Below, piece after piece: positions 61,483-64,000 of a stretch of 64,000 bases of DNA. The notes beneath the pieces are model-generated. The model was not told the DNA's origin. It searched no databases and worked only from the letters and a program-made list of their open reading frames with translations. Position 1 is the stretch's first letter, and the number at the start of each line of letters is the position of its first letter. A program made the translations under genes and the position numbers. This stretch comes from Candidatus Mycalebacterium zealandia (GTDB taxonomy: Bacteria; Desulfobacterota_D; UBA1144; Nemesobacterales; Mycalebacteriaceae): the NCBI GenBank assembly GCA_014075295.1, contig CP046180.1, positions 791,945 to 855,944 on the forward strand. Direction: 5' to 3'.

Positions 61483-64000
61483 ATGGCAAAAACTTCAAAA
61501 CCGCCTCTGGTTGTAAAAGGCGCACGGGAAAACAACCTCAAAAACATCAATGTTGAGATTCCTACGGGCAGTTTCACGGTTGTAACGGGACTCAGCGGTT
61601 CAGGCAAATCGTCTCTCGCTGTGGACACAATCCATTCCGAAAGCATGAGGAAATACATTCAATGCCTTTCCACATACACACGGCAGTTTCTTGACCGCGC
61701 CGCCCGTCCCGATGTTGATGCGATTGAAAACCTCCCGCCGTCAATCTCCATAGAGAACAGAAACCGGATTCAGAACAACCGCTCCACGCTCGGCACAACA
61801 ACGGAGATTTATGACTACCTACGCCTGCTGTTCTCAAGCGTTGGCAAAGTGTTCTGCCCCGACTGCGGGGAAGAAGCGAATAAACATTCGCCCGAATCAA
61901 TAGCGAAAACACTTTTGTTATCCGGCAAGGATGAGAACGCACTGATATTTTTCGCGCCTTCCAAAGACGAAACCGCGCAGCGACTTCTTAAACGGGGATT
62001 TTTGAGACTGTTCACGGAAAAGGAAGACGTCTTCAAAATTGATAAAAACACCGAACTTCCACCCGAGTACGGTGTTGTTGTTGACAGAATAAAAATCACA
62101 AAAAAATCGCGGGCGCGAATGATTGAATCTTTGGAAACCGCTTTTAGGGAAAGCGAAACCATTTGCGTTCGCACCGGAAACGGCAAACCTCTTTCCTTCA
62201 CACAGGATCTTTCGTGTGCAAAGTGCGGGCAGGTTTTTTCAAAGCCGTATCCGTCAATGTTTTCATTCAACAGCCCTAATGGCGCATGTGGAAATTGCAA
62301 CGGTTTCGGAAACACTCTGGAAATTGACCGCTCGCTCGTAATTCCGGACGATTCAAAAAGTTTGCGAGGAGGCGCTGTTGAGCCATTTGCGCGTCTTTCT
62401 TTTGGATTTGCGCGCAGAAAACTGGTTGAACTCGCGGAAAAAAACGAAGTTGACCCCGACACTCCTTTTTCAAAACTGAAACAAAAGGAAAAGGATTTGG
62501 TTTTTCAAGGAGACGGCTCGGTTGGAGTCGCGCGCGGCGGAGTTGAGGGGTTTTTCAAAAAAATCGCGCAAAAAATCTACAAGGTACAGAACCGTGTTTT
62601 TCTTTCACGCTACCGCTCGGCAAGGGTTTGCGATGAATGCGGTGGAAAAAGGATACGCCCCTTTGCGGCGGCGGTAAAAATCGGCGGGCACGGAATAAGC
62701 GAGTTGTGCGAAATGCCGGTTGGGGAACTGGTTGAATTTTTCTCGGAAAAATCGCTTTCAAAAATTCTGTCAAAAAATGAAATAAAACTCGCCGCGGACG
62801 CGCTGAAAGAAGTTCAAGACCGCTGCCGTTTTTTGGACGATGTGGGTCTGGAATATCTAACCCTTTCGCGCCTCACGCGCACGCTTTCCGGAGGAGAATC
62901 CCAGAGAGCCGCGCTTGCGTGCCAGATTGGTTCGGGACTTACCGAAACCCTCTACATTCTTGACGAGCCGTCCGTTGGACTGCACCCGCGCGACACACGC
63001 AACATGGTTTCAATAATTAAACGGATAAAAGAAAAGGGAAATACTCTAATAGTCGTTGAGCACGATCCGGACATAATAAAAGAGTCTGATTACATAGTTG
63101 AACTTGGCAGGGAAACTGGGGAAAACGGGGGAAAGATTGTCTATCAGGGCGCGGCGGGAAAACTTGTCTCGTGCGCGCGAGACTCATACACGGGACTTTA
63201 TCTTTCCGGTGAAAAATCCATCAGCGCTCCACGGAGAAACAAAAAGAAAGGCGCAGGGAAAATAACCGTAATCGGCGCCGCTGAAAACAACCTGAAAAAT
63301 ATGGACGTTTCCATCCCTCTGGAAACACTTGTCTGCGTAACCGGAGTTTCCGGGTCGGGCAAAAGTTCTCTTATAAAAGACGTTCTTCACAACAATCTGG
63401 CAAACGCGCTCTATGGAGAAAACTTCACCGCCGGCAAATGCGAAAAAATCATCGGCTCCGAAACCGTCCGCGATGTCGTAATGCTTGACCAGTTGCCTAT
63501 CGGGAAAAATTCCCGTTCGAACCCCGTTACATACATAAAAGCGTATGACTCAATACGCAAACTGATGGCTTCAAGCGCGGGCGCGAAGGAAAACGGCCTT
63601 ACGCAATCGGATTTCTCCTTCAATATCGCGGGCGGCAGATGCGATGCTTGCGAAGGCGAGGGAATTCAGAAAATAGAGATGCTTTTTCTCGCCGATGTTT
63701 CGGTTGTATGCCCAGAATGCGAGGGAAAAAGATTTAAGACAGCAGTTCTGGAAACAAAATTTCGGGATAAAAACATAGATGATGTTCTGAATATGACCGT
63801 AAGCGAAGCGGCGGGGTTCTTTTCGGATTCATCTCCGGTTGTGAAAAAACTTAACGGACTGCTTGATGTCGGTCTGGGTTATCTGCGTCTGGGGCAGCCC
63901 GCGACAACCCTTTCAGGCGGAGAAGCGCAAAGAATAAAAATAGTCCGGGAACTTTCAAGAAAAGACGGGAAAAACATTCTTTACATCCTTGATGAGCCGT
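61483..64000 (+). CDS. uvrA: UvrA-family excinuclease ATPase, runs off window end (absent from ORF track because no stop in window)
   Basis: Hand translation from ATG 61483: [47 protein letters not shown], second Walker [19 protein letters not shown]; 63901 is in the same frame. Confidence 0.95.
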   Translation, partial: MAKTSKPPLVVKGARENNLKNINVEIPTGSFTVVTGLSGSGKSSLAVDTIHSESMRKYIQCLSTYTRQFLDRAARPDVDAIENLPPSISIENRNRIQNNRSTLGTTTEIYDYLRLLFSSVGKVFCPDCGEEANKHSPESIAKTLLLSGKDENALIFFAPSKDETAQRLLKRGFLRLFTEKEDVFKIDKNTELPPEYGVVVDRIKITKKSRARMIESLETAFRESETICVRTGNGKPLSFTQDLSCAKCGQVFSKPYPSMFSFNSPNGACGNCNGFGNTLEIDRSLVIPDDSKSLRGGAVEPFARLSFGFARRKLVELAEKNEVDPDTPFSKLKQKEKDLVFQGDGSVGVARGGVEGFFKKIAQKIYKVQNRVFLSRYRSARVCDECGGKRIRPFAAAVKIGGHGISELCEMPVGELVEFFSEKSLSKILSKNEIKLAADALKEVQDRCRFLDDVGLEYLTLSRLTRTLSGGESQRAALACQIGSGLTETLYILDEPSVGLHPRDTRNMVSIIKRIKEKGNTLIVVEHDPDIIKESDYIVELGRETGENGGKIVYQGAAGKLVSCARDSYTGLYLSGEKSISAPRRNKKKGAGKITVIGAAENNLKNMDVSIPLETLVCVTGVSGSGKSSLIKDVLHNNLANALYGENFTAGKCEKIIGSETVRDVVMLDQLPIGKNSRSNPVTYIKAYDSIRKLMASSAGAKENGLTQSDFSFNIAGGRCDACEGEGIQKIEMLFLADVSVVCPECEGKRFKTAVLETKFRDKNIDDVLNMTVSEAAGFFSDSSPVVKKLNGLLDVGLGYLRLGQPATTLSGGEAQRIKIVRELSRKDGKNILYILDEP

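Overview
Gene-dense bacterial chromosomal segment with very short or overlapping intergenic gaps, made mostly of housekeeping genes. These are purL-purF, valS, the tRNA(Thr,Tyr,Gly,Thr)-tuf-tRNA(Trp)-secE-nusG-rplKAJL-rpoBC cluster, lysS-lolE-lolD-bamA-skp-fabZ, gmk-rel-lepB-pyrRBC, nuoABCD and nuoN, ftsK, glyA-nrdR-tatD-pdxA, and a truncated uvrA. Gene order resembles deltaproteobacteria-related lineages (a streamlined Dadabacteria-like organism is my unverified guess). I saw no CRISPR array, rRNA, transposase or integrase. The strongest candidate for an undescribed system is at 45922-47537. A near-consensus sigma70 promoter there would start a transcript at the base of a 20-bp RNA stem with nested hairpins and mutually exclusive alternative pairings, directly upstream of a beta-class DNA methyltransferase fused to a C-terminal HNH nuclease. 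Other observations: an L7/L12-C-terminal-like domain inside RpoB; a ~260-aa insertion in RpoC; thiopeptide-resistance-like substitutions in both L11 and EF-Tu; atypical tuf codon usage; an arsS (arsenosugar-type) operon coupled to ccdA and followed by a zinc-ribbon protein with a (Cys-Ser)4-Cys-Gly tail; absence of lpxD/lpxA, rpoZ and rpmG from their usual positions; a shared -10/9-nt/ATG start motif at three genes; and a frameshifted BRCT-family relic. All calls come from reading the sequence by eye; no database search or folding program was run.
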